Positions 1-8,384 of a stretch of 64,000 nucleotides of DNA are shown one piece after another. Numbering within the stretch: position 1 is the stretch's first letter; every line of letters begins with the position of its first letter. The DNA comes from a virus. Lineage: Duplodnaviria; Caudoviricetes. The stretch covers positions 1 to 64,000 of the IMG/VR virus record IMGVR_UViG_3300042276_000119; one strand, 5' to 3'. The translations under genes and the position numbers were made by a program. A model generated the notes under the pieces. It ran no database searches and was not told where the DNA came from. It worked only from the letters and a program-made list of their open reading frames with translations.

Positions 1-218
1 AGATCAGGCCCGACTTCGATTTCAAGGATGCCAAGTACGTCCTGCAGGCGAATGATCAGATGCTCAAGACCTTGATGCAGAAGCACAAGGAGCTGGTCAA
101 CACAGAGCGATTCCAGAAGATCGAAGCGGCTGTGCATACGGCTATCGACAAACTGATGCCGACGCAGCGCGACCTGTTTGTGTCGGAGCTTAATCGGATT
201 CTGGGGGAGGAAGAGTGA
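1..218 (+). CDS. 3' end of a gene truncated by the window edge; possibly terminase small subunit
   Basis: Open frame from nt 3 (IRPDFDFKDAKY...ELNRILGEEE) to TGA 216-218; helical and upstream of terL. The function call is positional only. Confidence 0.45.
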   Translation, partial: IRPDFDFKDAKYVLQANDQMLKTLMQKHKELVNTERFQKIEAAVHTAIDKLMPTQRDLFVSELNRILGEEE

Positions 219-277
219 TGACTTCACCAACGCGGAGTACGGAGCTTAATCGGATTCTGGGGGAGGAAGAGTGATGA
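184..277 (+). repeat. 38-bp direct repeat (CGGAGCTTAATCGGATTCTGGGGGAGGAAGAGTGATGA) x2
   Basis: Identical copies at 184-221 and 240-277. Confidence 0.95.
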
Positions 278-326
278 TTCTGCCTCAATTTCCTCTGCAA
301 GAATCTCCCCTGCAAGAGGGCGTCCA

Positions 327-602
327 ATGACTTCAGTCCAGTGCCAGCATTACTCAAGTTTCGGGTATGCCTCGGGCATACCCACGTGGATCAAGTGCTC
401 CTACTGCGATGACTTCCACTGCACCATCCACCACGAGCATGTGGCCGATTGCGACTGTCCGAGGATTGACGTGTGGCTGGATTACGGGCTCGATCCATAC
501 GCTCCGCTGGAAAAGCATGAGCTTCAGCGGGTCGAAATCATGCTGAAGCAGAATCCTCCAGAGGATGAGGATGCCTTCGACCCCTCCGAGGAGCATTTCT
601 GA
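327..602 (+). CDS. Small Cys/His-rich hypothetical protein (possible Zn binder)
   Basis: ATGA overlap with the upstream mini-ORF; CSYC...HC...H...CDC; TGATG coupling to the next gene. Confidence 0.7.
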   Translation: MTSVQCQHYSSFGYASGIPTWIKCSYCDDFHCTIHHEHVADCDCPRIDVWLDYGLDPYAPLEKHELQRVEIMLKQNPPEDEDAFDPSEEHF

Positions 603-1099
603 TGTACGGCGAACTTCAAGGTTTGATGAACTCAGGCAGTTACAGCTTTGCTGAGGTGTGGTTGCTGAGCTTCTTTGCTTTGATGTGGGACTTTCCGATC
701 TTTTGGGCGGCGTTTCTGAGCGCGGTGTTCGGGCATTACGCTGTTCAGATGGTGAAGGCGTTGATTACGTTCATCACAATTCTTCCGATTGGCCATCGTG
801 GCGTCACAAGGTACAAGCAGTTCATGCTGATCTGGAGTTACGTCAGTGCTCAGCGCACGACCAAGATGCCGATAAGTACCATCACTCGCTCCCGCAAGAT
901 ATTCATTTTCGCTCACACGCTGATGAACCTGCTGCCAGGGTACTGGAACGTGAGGGACGCTGACTTTACCCAGCTGCATAAGCTGGTGGAGGGGTGGTGC
1001 CCATTTGGAGCGAAGGTGTGGCTGAACGGGGTGGCGATGAAGGTCACGTGGTACCCGAACTTCAACTGGGAACGTCGGGATGAGCATCTGAGTGTTTGA
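602..1099 (+). CDS. Hypothetical membrane protein
   Basis: Hydrophobic N-terminal segments; GAGGAG RBS; stop/start overlap. Confidence 0.65.
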   Translation: MYGELQGLMNSGSYSFAEVWLLSFFALMWDFPIFWAAFLSAVFGHYAVQMVKALITFITILPIGHRGVTRYKQFMLIWSYVSAQRTTKMPISTITRSRKIFIFAHTLMNLLPGYWNVRDADFTQLHKLVEGWCPFGAKVWLNGVAMKVTWYPNFNWERRDEHLSV

Positions 1100-1142
1100 C
1101 GTTGTGGAGTCTATATCGAATTTCAGGCTACACAAACAAGTT

Positions 1143-1295
1143 GGCCCCACAGGCGACCAAACCTGTGGGGCCGTGAAAGCTGGGGACCAACCCAGCTCCC
1201 TAACCAAAAGACCACTAGAACGACCAAGAACTAGCGGCAAAGCCAATATCGCACAATCAGCCTTTGCCATCAAGTTATTTGGTTAAACCATAAAT
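1143..1295 (+). ncRNA. Candidate structured RNA or leader with GACCAA-loop hairpins
   Basis: Perfect 11-bp stem 1143-1172 (loop CGACCAAA), 7-bp stem 1178-1197 (loop GACCAA), further weaker stems to ~1295; intergenic before terL. Confidence 0.5.
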
Positions 1296-1312
1296 AGGTA
1301 AAGGCAAAACTG

Positions 1313-3130
1313 ATGGCAGATACCGTTACAGAAGGCTTCCTCACACGCATTAACTCCCGCGTGGACTCGATAGAAGGGCAGGCGAAGCACTCCGAGTGGG
1401 TGCAGAAGCACACCAGCATTGAGGGCCGGCCATTCAGCTTTCAGGACCACGAGATGCAGCAGGAGATATTCGACGATCCTGCCTCCCGTATCGCTGTCAA
1501 GAAGTGCTCACAGATCGGCCTGTCAGAGCTGCAGGTGCGAAAACTGCTGACCATCGCGGCTGTTGCCCGGTACGTCCGTGTGATCTACACACTCCCGACC
1601 CGGCAGTTCGCCATGCGATTCTCGAAAGACCGTATCGACTCGACCATTGCTCAGTCAGAGACCCTGAGCGGGATGTTGAAGCGCGGCGCTGATGCTGCAG
1701 AGCAGAAGATTTTCACCAACTCAAACGTCATCTATGTCACTGGTACCTTCGGTGACGTATCTGCGATCTCAGTACCTGCTACCTATGTCGTAAACGACGA
1801 GTTGGACTTCTCCAACCTAGAAGTCATCGGCAAGATGTCATCGCGCCTGCGTCACGCCCCGATGAACAAGGATGGCTACCGTGGGTATCACTACAAGTTC
1901 AGCACTCCCACGCTGCCCAACTTCGGGGTGGCCGAGGCATTTGAATCCGGCAGTCAGGCGTACTACATGGTGCAGTGCGAGAAGTGCAATCACTATCAGG
2001 CACCGAGCTGGTACAAGGACTTTGTGATCCCTGGGTGGGACAACCCGCTCGATGAGCTGGATGGCCAGGTTGTCAGAATGCTCATGGACAGAGGCCTGCA
2101 CCAGAACGCCTATCTCAAGTGCGAGAAGTGCGGCCACGACCTACAGAACTCCCTGCTTGATCCTGCCAAGCGGCAGTGGGTGCGCAAGCACCCTGATCGG
2201 GTTGAGAGTTCCTACCAGATCAGTCCGTGGGATGTACCGACCTACAACACTCCCAAGTCGATCCTGACACAGTTCCCTGAATACGCACGTACCATGGACT
2301 TCTACAACTTCGTACTCGGCCTTGAGTATGAGGATGCTGATTCGGTATTCATCACTGAGAACTTCAGGACCCAGGTGCAGGCGCAGTGGAAGGCCTACAT
2401 CGAGGATCAGGTGGAGGTGGGTGCCCTCATGCGGATCATCTTCTCCAATGCGGTTGCCGGGATGGACGTAGGCAAGATTTGTCACTTCACTGTGGCCATC
2501 CCACAAGGCAAGTCGATGCACATCGTCTACGCGGAGGAGATTCACCACACCCAGGCCAAGCCAGCCAAAAACAAGATCATGGCCAGGATCGCCTATTTTG
2601 GCGTCAGGACGTTTTGTATGGACGCCGGGCCAGACATCACACTGGTACGAGAACTCACGTCCTGGGGCTGGATGAATGGCGTCAACGCCTATGCGGTGGA
2701 GTACGTGAAGAAAGTGGGCCTGAAGACCTACGAACTGCCGGATGATCCTGCTGCCGAACCGGTGGCCAAGGTCAACAGGACGAACATGTTCTCCGACCTG
2801 ATGAAGCTGCACAACACCGGCTACATCCAGTACCCGCGCCGGGATGCGGCGCCGATCATGGATGTGTTCAAGGAGCAGGTCACCAACGTCAAGAAAATCT
2901 CCCGGGAAGACGGTACCGGGGACATGATCGAGGTCATCGTGAAGACCGGCCCAGACCACTTCGGGCACAGTCTGAACTATACCTATTTGGCATTTCTGAT
3001 CGCGTCAGAAGGTGGACGGTCACATGTGGTCGGCGCGTTACCAGGGGTCTCCGGGGTGAAAATGCGGGACTCCGATTTCGACGAGGATGCTGAGCGCCTG
3101 AGAGACCCGTTGGCTGCGTTCAGACGGTAA
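1313..3130 (+). CDS. terL: Terminase large subunit (lambda gpA-like)
   Basis: gpA-type Walker A KKCSQIGLSE, Walker B VVNDELD, coupling motif FSTPT, CEKC..CEKC Zn ribbon, nuclease motifs AGMDVG and PDHFGHS. Confidence 0.92.
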   Translation: MADTVTEGFLTRINSRVDSIEGQAKHSEWVQKHTSIEGRPFSFQDHEMQQEIFDDPASRIAVKKCSQIGLSELQVRKLLTIAAVARYVRVIYTLPTRQFAMRFSKDRIDSTIAQSETLSGMLKRGADAAEQKIFTNSNVIYVTGTFGDVSAISVPATYVVNDELDFSNLEVIGKMSSRLRHAPMNKDGYRGYHYKFSTPTLPNFGVAEAFESGSQAYYMVQCEKCNHYQAPSWYKDFVIPGWDNPLDELDGQVVRMLMDRGLHQNAYLKCEKCGHDLQNSLLDPAKRQWVRKHPDRVESSYQISPWDVPTYNTPKSILTQFPEYARTMDFYNFVLGLEYEDADSVFITENFRTQVQAQWKAYIEDQVEVGALMRIIFSNAVAGMDVGKICHFTVAIPQGKSMHIVYAEEIHHTQAKPAKNKIMARIAYFGVRTFCMDAGPDITLVRELTSWGWMNGVNAYAVEYVKKVGLKTYELPDDPAAEPVAKVNRTNMFSDLMKLHNTGYIQYPRRDAAPIMDVFKEQVTNVKKISREDGTGDMIEVIVKTGPDHFGHSLNYTYLAFLIASEGGRSHVVGALPGVSGVKMRDSDFDEDAERLRDPLAAFRR

Positions 3131-3140
3131 CTCCAACCTT

Positions 3141-3191
3141 TGTCCAAATGTACATTTGACACTTATACACAAGGCAATGTACATTTGGACA
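3141..3191 (+). promoter_or_regulatory. xis/int promoter framed by a 16-bp inverted repeat operator
   Basis: TGTCCAAATGTACATT (3141-3156) and AATGTACATTTGGACA (3176-3191); TTGACA at 3156, TACATT at 3180. Confidence 0.7.
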
Positions 3192-3225
3192 TATACCAAC
3201 TAGCTTCTGACCAAAAGTGACCAAC

Positions 3226-3552
3226 ATGACCACACCTGTTAAAATGGATGTAATGCCGCACAAGGCATATTGCGACCTGATCGGCAAAGGCGATCAGTAT
3301 GTCAAAGGCAAGATCAAAGATGGCAAGTGGGAGGAGGGCGTACAGTTCTTCCGCGATCCCGATGGCCAGATTTGGGTTTCTCTATCAGGTGTGGAAGCGT
3401 GGGTGAAAAGCAGTATCCAACGGGCGTCCGGCCATACGGCTCAGGCATCCAAGTCCGTTTCAGCTGGGACAAGAAGCGGTACGAGCCAATCTGGCCGCGC
3501 AAGCCGAGCCCGAAAAACCTCGCAGCAGCCTCAGCCCTTCGTGCTGAGATAA
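3226..3552 (+). CDS. xis: Excisionase-like protein
   Basis: Winged-helix-like KIKDGKWEEGVQFFRDPDGQIWVSLSGVEAWV, directly upstream of and overlapping the integrase; ATG 3226 preferred. Confidence 0.75.
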   Translation: MTTPVKMDVMPHKAYCDLIGKGDQYVKGKIKDGKWEEGVQFFRDPDGQIWVSLSGVEAWVKSSIQRASGHTAQASKSVSAGTRSGTSQSGRASRARKTSQQPQPFVLR

Positions 3553-4544
3553 TCCTACGCGCCAAAAGCGGGATACTCTCACTGGAATATCTCGCTGACC
3601 ACTTCCCTGAATACGCCCACGCCAAAGAACACTCTGAAGCCAATCCGAAGTACCTCCTTTGCACCCTGGCACAGGATTTTCTCGATAACAGCGGGATGCC
3701 TGCCAACAGCAGAACGTCATACCGACAGCAGCTCAATGCCTACGTGATGCCAGAACTGGCTCAGGTAGATGTGCGCTATTGCACAGAGGGTGACCTGGTG
3801 GCATGGAGCCGGGCGCAGAAGTTCACCTCCCAGTCCGTGCGCAACATCGCCTACAGCGCCCTGAGAAAAGTCATGGCCCTGGCAGTGAGTTACGGGTACA
3901 TACCAAAGTCACCGGCTGAAGCATTAAAGATCACCAAAGATACCGACACCGAACCTGACCCTTTGACCCCAGAGGAGAGAGACACTGTGCTCGCCTGGCT
4001 GGAGAAGAAGTACCCTGGCCGGCAGAGGCCGATCTACCTGTACTACGTTCTGGGATTCTGGACAGGTATGCGGCCAAGCGAGATGATCGCACTGGAACAG
4101 CGGGACGTGATGCTCAGCACCGGACGAGTATCAGTGACGAAGCTCATTTCAAAAGGGCAGGTGCAGGCGTACACCAAGACCAAGAAAAACCGGATCGTAC
4201 TGATGAACGAATTCTCTCGCCAGGCGTTTGAGGAGCTGCTGGAATTGGGAAAGGGCAATCCTGTTTCCCATAGGCTACTCTGGACGTACCGGGCGCCAGA
4301 GGGATTCAAGAGCCTCACCACGTTCCGTGATCGGCTGAACCAGGCGTTCGTGGAGTCTGGTATTCGTGTCAGAAGCACGTATTCTATGCGCCACACCTAT
4401 GCGTCGGTGTGCCTCATGGCAGGCATCACGCCTGCGTTTGTAGCTCAGCAGTTGGGAAACACAGTGCCGGTGCTTTTGAGCCGGTATGCGAAGTGGATCA
4501 GCTCCGATGCCGACATGCTTGAAATGTCGAAATTGGGAAAATAA
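3399..4544 (+). CDS. int: Tyrosine integrase with N-terminal arm-binding domain (DUF3596-like)
   Basis: GVRPYGSGIQVRFSW arm domain; catalytic TGMRPSE, KTKK, YSMRHTYA, QLGN, RYAKW. GTG 3399 is a more plausible start than 3270. Confidence 0.92.
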   Translation: MGEKQYPTGVRPYGSGIQVRFSWDKKRYEPIWPRKPSPKNLAAASALRAEIILRAKSGILSLEYLADHFPEYAHAKEHSEANPKYLLCTLAQDFLDNSGMPANSRTSYRQQLNAYVMPELAQVDVRYCTEGDLVAWSRAQKFTSQSVRNIAYSALRKVMALAVSYGYIPKSPAEALKITKDTDTEPDPLTPEERDTVLAWLEKKYPGRQRPIYLYYVLGFWTGMRPSEMIALEQRDVMLSTGRVSVTKLISKGQVQAYTKTKKNRIVLMNEFSRQAFEELLELGKGNPVSHRLLWTYRAPEGFKSLTTFRDRLNQAFVESGIRVRSTYSMRHTYASVCLMAGITPAFVAQQLGNTVPVLLSRYAKWISSDADMLEMSKLGK

Positions 4545-4771
4545 TGGGAAACGAAAAATACCGACGCTTGTAACCGCCTGATATTAAAGGCGTTTTGAAA
4601 ACCTTTTGATAAGACATGGTTGTCAACGCTTACCCGTCTCGATCCACCACGACCCAGAAAACAACCACTTACCCATCGTTTCGGTTCGACACAGTGGGAA
4701 AATTGGGTTCAGTTTTGGGAAAATCGACCCCTTAAAAGTCCATTTGGGAAAAAATTTGGGAAACCGGGAAA
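4534..4771. other. Probable attP region with arm-type repeats
   Basis: TGGGAAA at 4534, 4545, 4695, 4716, 4745, 4757 (and CGGGAAA at 4765) flank a ~140-bp non-coding gap directly after int. Confidence 0.7.
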
Positions 4772-4812
4772 GGTCATAATTACCTGTCTGATAACCTGAT
4801 TTCTTGACAGGC

Positions 4813-4841
4813 TTGTACAAATGTACATTTGTACATAAAAT
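4813..4841 (+). promoter_or_regulatory. Portal-operon promoter overlapped by a 22-bp palindromic operator
   Basis: TTGTAC-N17-TAAAAT; perfect palindrome TGTACAAATGTACATTTGTACA at 4814-4835. Confidence 0.7.
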
Positions 4842-4870
4842 GGCGCTCATGTACTCCATGGTGATCGTCA

Positions 4871-6316
4871 ATGGCCGCAGTCTCGTCAGGTAAAAAGCAG
4901 CAAGTCATCTTGCCAAAGCGGCAGGTTGGCAAGGTGCGTTCCGGCACTCCTTATGCAGGGGAACGGGACTCTGACATCTCAAATCCGTATGAGCGGTTTG
5001 TAGAAGAGCTGTCCAGCGTCCTCCGTAAGCGAGGGGACTCCACAGCGATCATCCGGGCGCTCGCCGCCCAAGACGGCATGATGTCCACCGCCGTCTACTC
5101 CATGGTTCAGATTGCAAAAACCGAACACGATGTAATCGCCTACGACAGCGAGACCAACGCTGCGTCGAAGGAAGGTACGTTGATCGCCCAGTACATCATG
5201 GGACTGATGGATACCCTCAGCGATTACAGCAAGGGCTTCAACCACAAGCGCTCGATCAACGCCGTCAAGGAAACCCTCATCCGCGAGGTGGGCCTGACAG
5301 GCGGCTGCGCAGGTGAGTTGGTCCTGAATGATCAGATGCTGCCAGATCGCATCCAGGTCGTCGCCTACAACACCCTCAGCAAGAAGTCTGATGGTAAGGG
5401 TGCCTATTACCCGACTCAGAAAGCCTCCAGCGGTGGCGAGGATGTGAATCTCAACATCCCGACGTTCTTTGTGGCTGAGAGCAACCTGGAAGCAGAAGAC
5501 GCTTATGCGTTCTCACTGTTCCGCGCCGGCCTCAAGCAGTCGTTCATGTTGCAGGAATTCCTGGAGGACACTCGCCGTGGCGTTCGCAAAACCGGACACA
5601 GCCGTCTGGTCGCCAAGCTCATCACTGAGCAGATTGCGGCCACAGCCAGTCAGGAAACCAAGAACGATCCCAAGAAAATGGCGGCGTACCTGGCACAGGT
5701 CAAGGCCGATGTTGAGACAGCACTTGCCGGGATTGAGCCAGATGACGCAGTGGTGTCATTCGACTCCGTAGAATTCAGCGTGGAAGACACCGGGGGCAAC
5801 AAGTCTGACTACGCACCACTGCTGAAACTGCTCTCGAACATGACCGGCAGCTCTATGAAGACCCCAAGCTCCATCTCTGGTCTTCGCACAGACGGCTCTC
5901 AATCACTGAGCAATGCAGAGACGCTGACTTACCTCAAGATCGCCAAATCCCTCACCGCCCCGGTAGAAGACCTGATGAGTCGCATCCTGACTCTGGCCAC
6001 CAGGCTGTACGGTCTCCCGGTGTACGTGAAATTCAAGATGCGCGAGATCGACTTGCGCCCTGACAGTGAGCTGGAAGCCTACAAAACAGCTCGCCAGAAC
6101 AGAATCCTTCAACTGCTGTCGTTCGGCCTTATGGACGATGTTACCGCCCGGTGCGACCTCGGCATCCGAATCACTTCGGACATGACAGAGCTGGCAGGAA
6201 CCGGTTTTTACACCGCCTCCCAAGGTGAACCAGAAGCACCCGTAGATCGGGCAGATGCAATGGGCAAAGACCTGAATCCAGGTACACCGACCAAAGCAGG
6301 GGGCTCCGATCAGTGA
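4871..6316 (+). CDS. Portal protein
   Basis: 481 aa, helical, first gene of the head cluster before the protease; called from synteny and size. Confidence 0.75.
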   Translation: MAAVSSGKKQQVILPKRQVGKVRSGTPYAGERDSDISNPYERFVEELSSVLRKRGDSTAIIRALAAQDGMMSTAVYSMVQIAKTEHDVIAYDSETNAASKEGTLIAQYIMGLMDTLSDYSKGFNHKRSINAVKETLIREVGLTGGCAGELVLNDQMLPDRIQVVAYNTLSKKSDGKGAYYPTQKASSGGEDVNLNIPTFFVAESNLEAEDAYAFSLFRAGLKQSFMLQEFLEDTRRGVRKTGHSRLVAKLITEQIAATASQETKNDPKKMAAYLAQVKADVETALAGIEPDDAVVSFDSVEFSVEDTGGNKSDYAPLLKLLSNMTGSSMKTPSSISGLRTDGSQSLSNAETLTYLKIAKSLTAPVEDLMSRILTLATRLYGLPVYVKFKMREIDLRPDSELEAYKTARQNRILQLLSFGLMDDVTARCDLGIRITSDMTELAGTGFYTASQGEPEAPVDRADAMGKDLNPGTPTKAGGSDQ

Positions 6317-6341
6317 ACCTGAAATCTGAGGTAGACGGCCT

Positions 6342-7856
6342 ATGACGGGCAACATCTGGTTCGGGGATTACGCCAGCTACATGGGGTACCTCGACAAACT
6401 CAAAAAGATCGACGATCCGGCTTACATGGCCACCATGCGCAGCATGTGGGAGTCAGATCGCAAAGAACAGGATGAAGACGAAGAGTACGAATCCTGGCTG
6501 CTGGAGCGTCGTGGCAACACTGCTGTCCTGAATGTTGCCGGTGACTTGGTGAATACCAAGGCTTGGTACAACGAGTACCTGGGAATGGTCTCCTATGAGG
6601 AGATTCAGGAAGCCTTGGCAGAGGCGGGCGCCGACGAATCGGTGGACCAGGTGCTGATGCACTTCTCCACTGGGGGAGGCACCGCTTCTGGCATCAAGGC
6701 CGCAGGCGATTACATCGGGTTCTTCGACCAGAACGTGAAACCCGTCTACGGCTACACCGCCACTGCAGCCTTCAGCGCCGGTTACTGGCTCGCCAGCTCC
6801 ACCCGCAAAATCACTGTTGACGAGATGGGCCAGCTAGGCTCCATCGGCGCCGTGAACGTCCACGTCTCCTACAAGGGGATGCTGGATAAGAACGGCGTGG
6901 TCTACACAATTCTGCGCGAGGGCGAGTTCAAGGCGCTGGGCCACCCGGCTGAAGACCTGGATGAGAAATCCAAAGCCTACTTCCAAGACAAGCTGGCCAA
7001 GGCCAATTCCTTCTTTATCGAAGCCGTTGTCCGCAACCGCAACGTGTCCCTCGCTTCCCAAGCTGATTGGGGCGAAGGCAAGACTTTCTACGGGCGCGAG
7101 GCATTGAACCTCGGTCTCGCAGATGAGGTAGCGACCCTGCAGGATTTGCTGGGACGTTTTCAAGTATCCCGATCCGGCGACGGACGGACAATTTACGGAG
7201 GCACTATGCCTAAAGAAAAGCTGAAGGCCGAAGAGGCTCAGCAGGCTCCGGCCCCCTCCGATAATGGAGCGGTCGCCGGTCAGGGCTTGGCTGAGGGGCA
7301 CCGAGAGGCTGTTGCCGGTCAGGGCTTGGACGATCTGAACCCGGAGGGTCGTGCAGACCTGTCTGCTGAAGAACTGGCCAAGCTCGAAGCTGGCTTGCCA
7401 ATCGACGAGGGTCTGGTATCCAAAGTCGCCGCTAACACCACTTCTAACACCCCAGAAGAAGCCTCTGCCGGTGAGGAAGGCGAAGAACTGAGCACCCAGG
7501 CACCTGAAATGGGCGAAGAACTGAAGACGGTCATGGCAGAGCGAGATGCCCTCGCTGAGAAACTGCAGGCCGCTGAAGATTTGAATGCCCAGATGAAAGG
7601 CATTGTCCTTGAAGCTGCGAACAAAAAAGTGATCGCCATGGGTGGCATTCCTATGGACTTGGACTTCTTGGATTGCGCAACCGCAGTTCAGCATTACGAG
7701 AAAGTCGATACCAAGTTCAAATCAACTTTCAAGGTCGGGCAGCGTTCCGTGTCCACGGACACATCGAAGCCTGAAGTTGAAACCGGAGAAGGTCTCTCAG
7801 CCGCTCCGACATTTGCTGAGCGTGCAGTCGCTCATAAACGTAAGCAGCCTAAGTAA
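6342..7856 (+). CDS. S49-family head maturation protease with C-terminal scaffold region
   Basis: S49 motifs STGGG, AFSAGYWLAS, GSIGA, GEFKALG, ALNLGLAD; acidic coiled-coil C-terminus. Confidence 0.9.
   Translation: MTGNIWFGDYASYMGYLDKLKKIDDPAYMATMRSMWESDRKEQDEDEEYESWLLERRGNTAVLNVAGDLVNTKAWYNEYLGMVSYEEIQEALAEAGADESVDQVLMHFSTGGGTASGIKAAGDYIGFFDQNVKPVYGYTATAAFSAGYWLASSTRKITVDEMGQLGSIGAVNVHVSYKGMLDKNGVVYTILREGEFKALGHPAEDLDEKSKAYFQDKLAKANSFFIEAVVRNRNVSLASQADWGEGKTFYGREALNLGLADEVATLQDLLGRFQVSRSGDGRTIYGGTMPKEKLKAEEAQQAPAPSDNGAVAGQGLAEGHREAVAGQGLDDLNPEGRADLSAEELAKLEAGLPIDEGLVSKVAANTTSNTPEEASAGEEGEELSTQAPEMGEELKTVMAERDALAEKLQAAEDLNAQMKGIVLEAANKKVIAMGGIPMDLDFLDCATAVQHYEKVDTKFKSTFKVGQRSVSTDTSKPEVETGEGLSAAPTFAERAVAHKRKQPK
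7206..7856 (+). CDS. Nested in-frame scaffolding protein (lambda Nu3-like arrangement)
   Basis: GGAGG 7197-7201 before in-frame ATG 7206, exactly where the protease domain ends. Confidence 0.6.
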   Translation: MPKEKLKAEEAQQAPAPSDNGAVAGQGLAEGHREAVAGQGLDDLNPEGRADLSAEELAKLEAGLPIDEGLVSKVAANTTSNTPEEASAGEEGEELSTQAPEMGEELKTVMAERDALAEKLQAAEDLNAQMKGIVLEAANKKVIAMGGIPMDLDFLDCATAVQHYEKVDTKFKSTFKVGQRSVSTDTSKPEVETGEGLSAAPTFAERAVAHKRKQPK

Positions 7857-7891
7857 CGACTTAGAAAGCAGACACTCAAGAGGAAACAGCC

Positions 7892-8341
7892 ATGCCTGCA
7901 TTCAAGCACACAATGCTGACCACCACGCCGGCTGAGATGGACATTATCTCTGCAGCGATTGGTGATGATACCAACCAGGCCCGTTCCGAGCTGGATTACG
8001 GCAAAGCCGTGGTAAAGGGCGATGCCCAGAACTTCGTACTGGCCCCGGCCGATGCGGAGATTGAAGGCTTCATCGACTCCGTTCGTGGTGACACCGTTAA
8101 CGAAGGTTACTCCTTCGGTGGTATCCAGCGCCGCAAGCGCATCATCGCTGAAGTAGGTGCCAATCAGGGCGCAACTGCAATGGCCGTCAATGACTTTGTA
8201 GTCGCTGATGAGCAGGTACCGTTCGGCACCAAGGGCTATGCCCAGGTGAAGACAGGTACTCCGTCCAAGTTCCTGTGGCAGGTCTTGGCAATCGAAGGCA
8301 CTGGCGTAGCCGGTGACAAAGTGCTGCTGGAGCGCCAGTAA
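7892..8341 (+). CDS. Head decoration/cement protein
   Basis: 149 aa, beta-rich, between protease and major capsid gene. Confidence 0.65.
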   Translation: MPAFKHTMLTTTPAEMDIISAAIGDDTNQARSELDYGKAVVKGDAQNFVLAPADAEIEGFIDSVRGDTVNEGYSFGGIQRRKRIIAEVGANQGATAMAVNDFVVADEQVPFGTKGYAQVKTGTPSKFLWQVLAIEGTGVAGDKVLLERQ

Positions 8342-8384
8342 TTCACTGGCTCCCTAACCAAAGACCATTTTGAGGAACTGAAAA

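Noticed and set aside
4596-4630. attB in the dnaX start (reverse complement reads ATGTCTTATCAA, MSYQ)
   Set aside because: A 12-nt resemblance is too short to support without a host genome.
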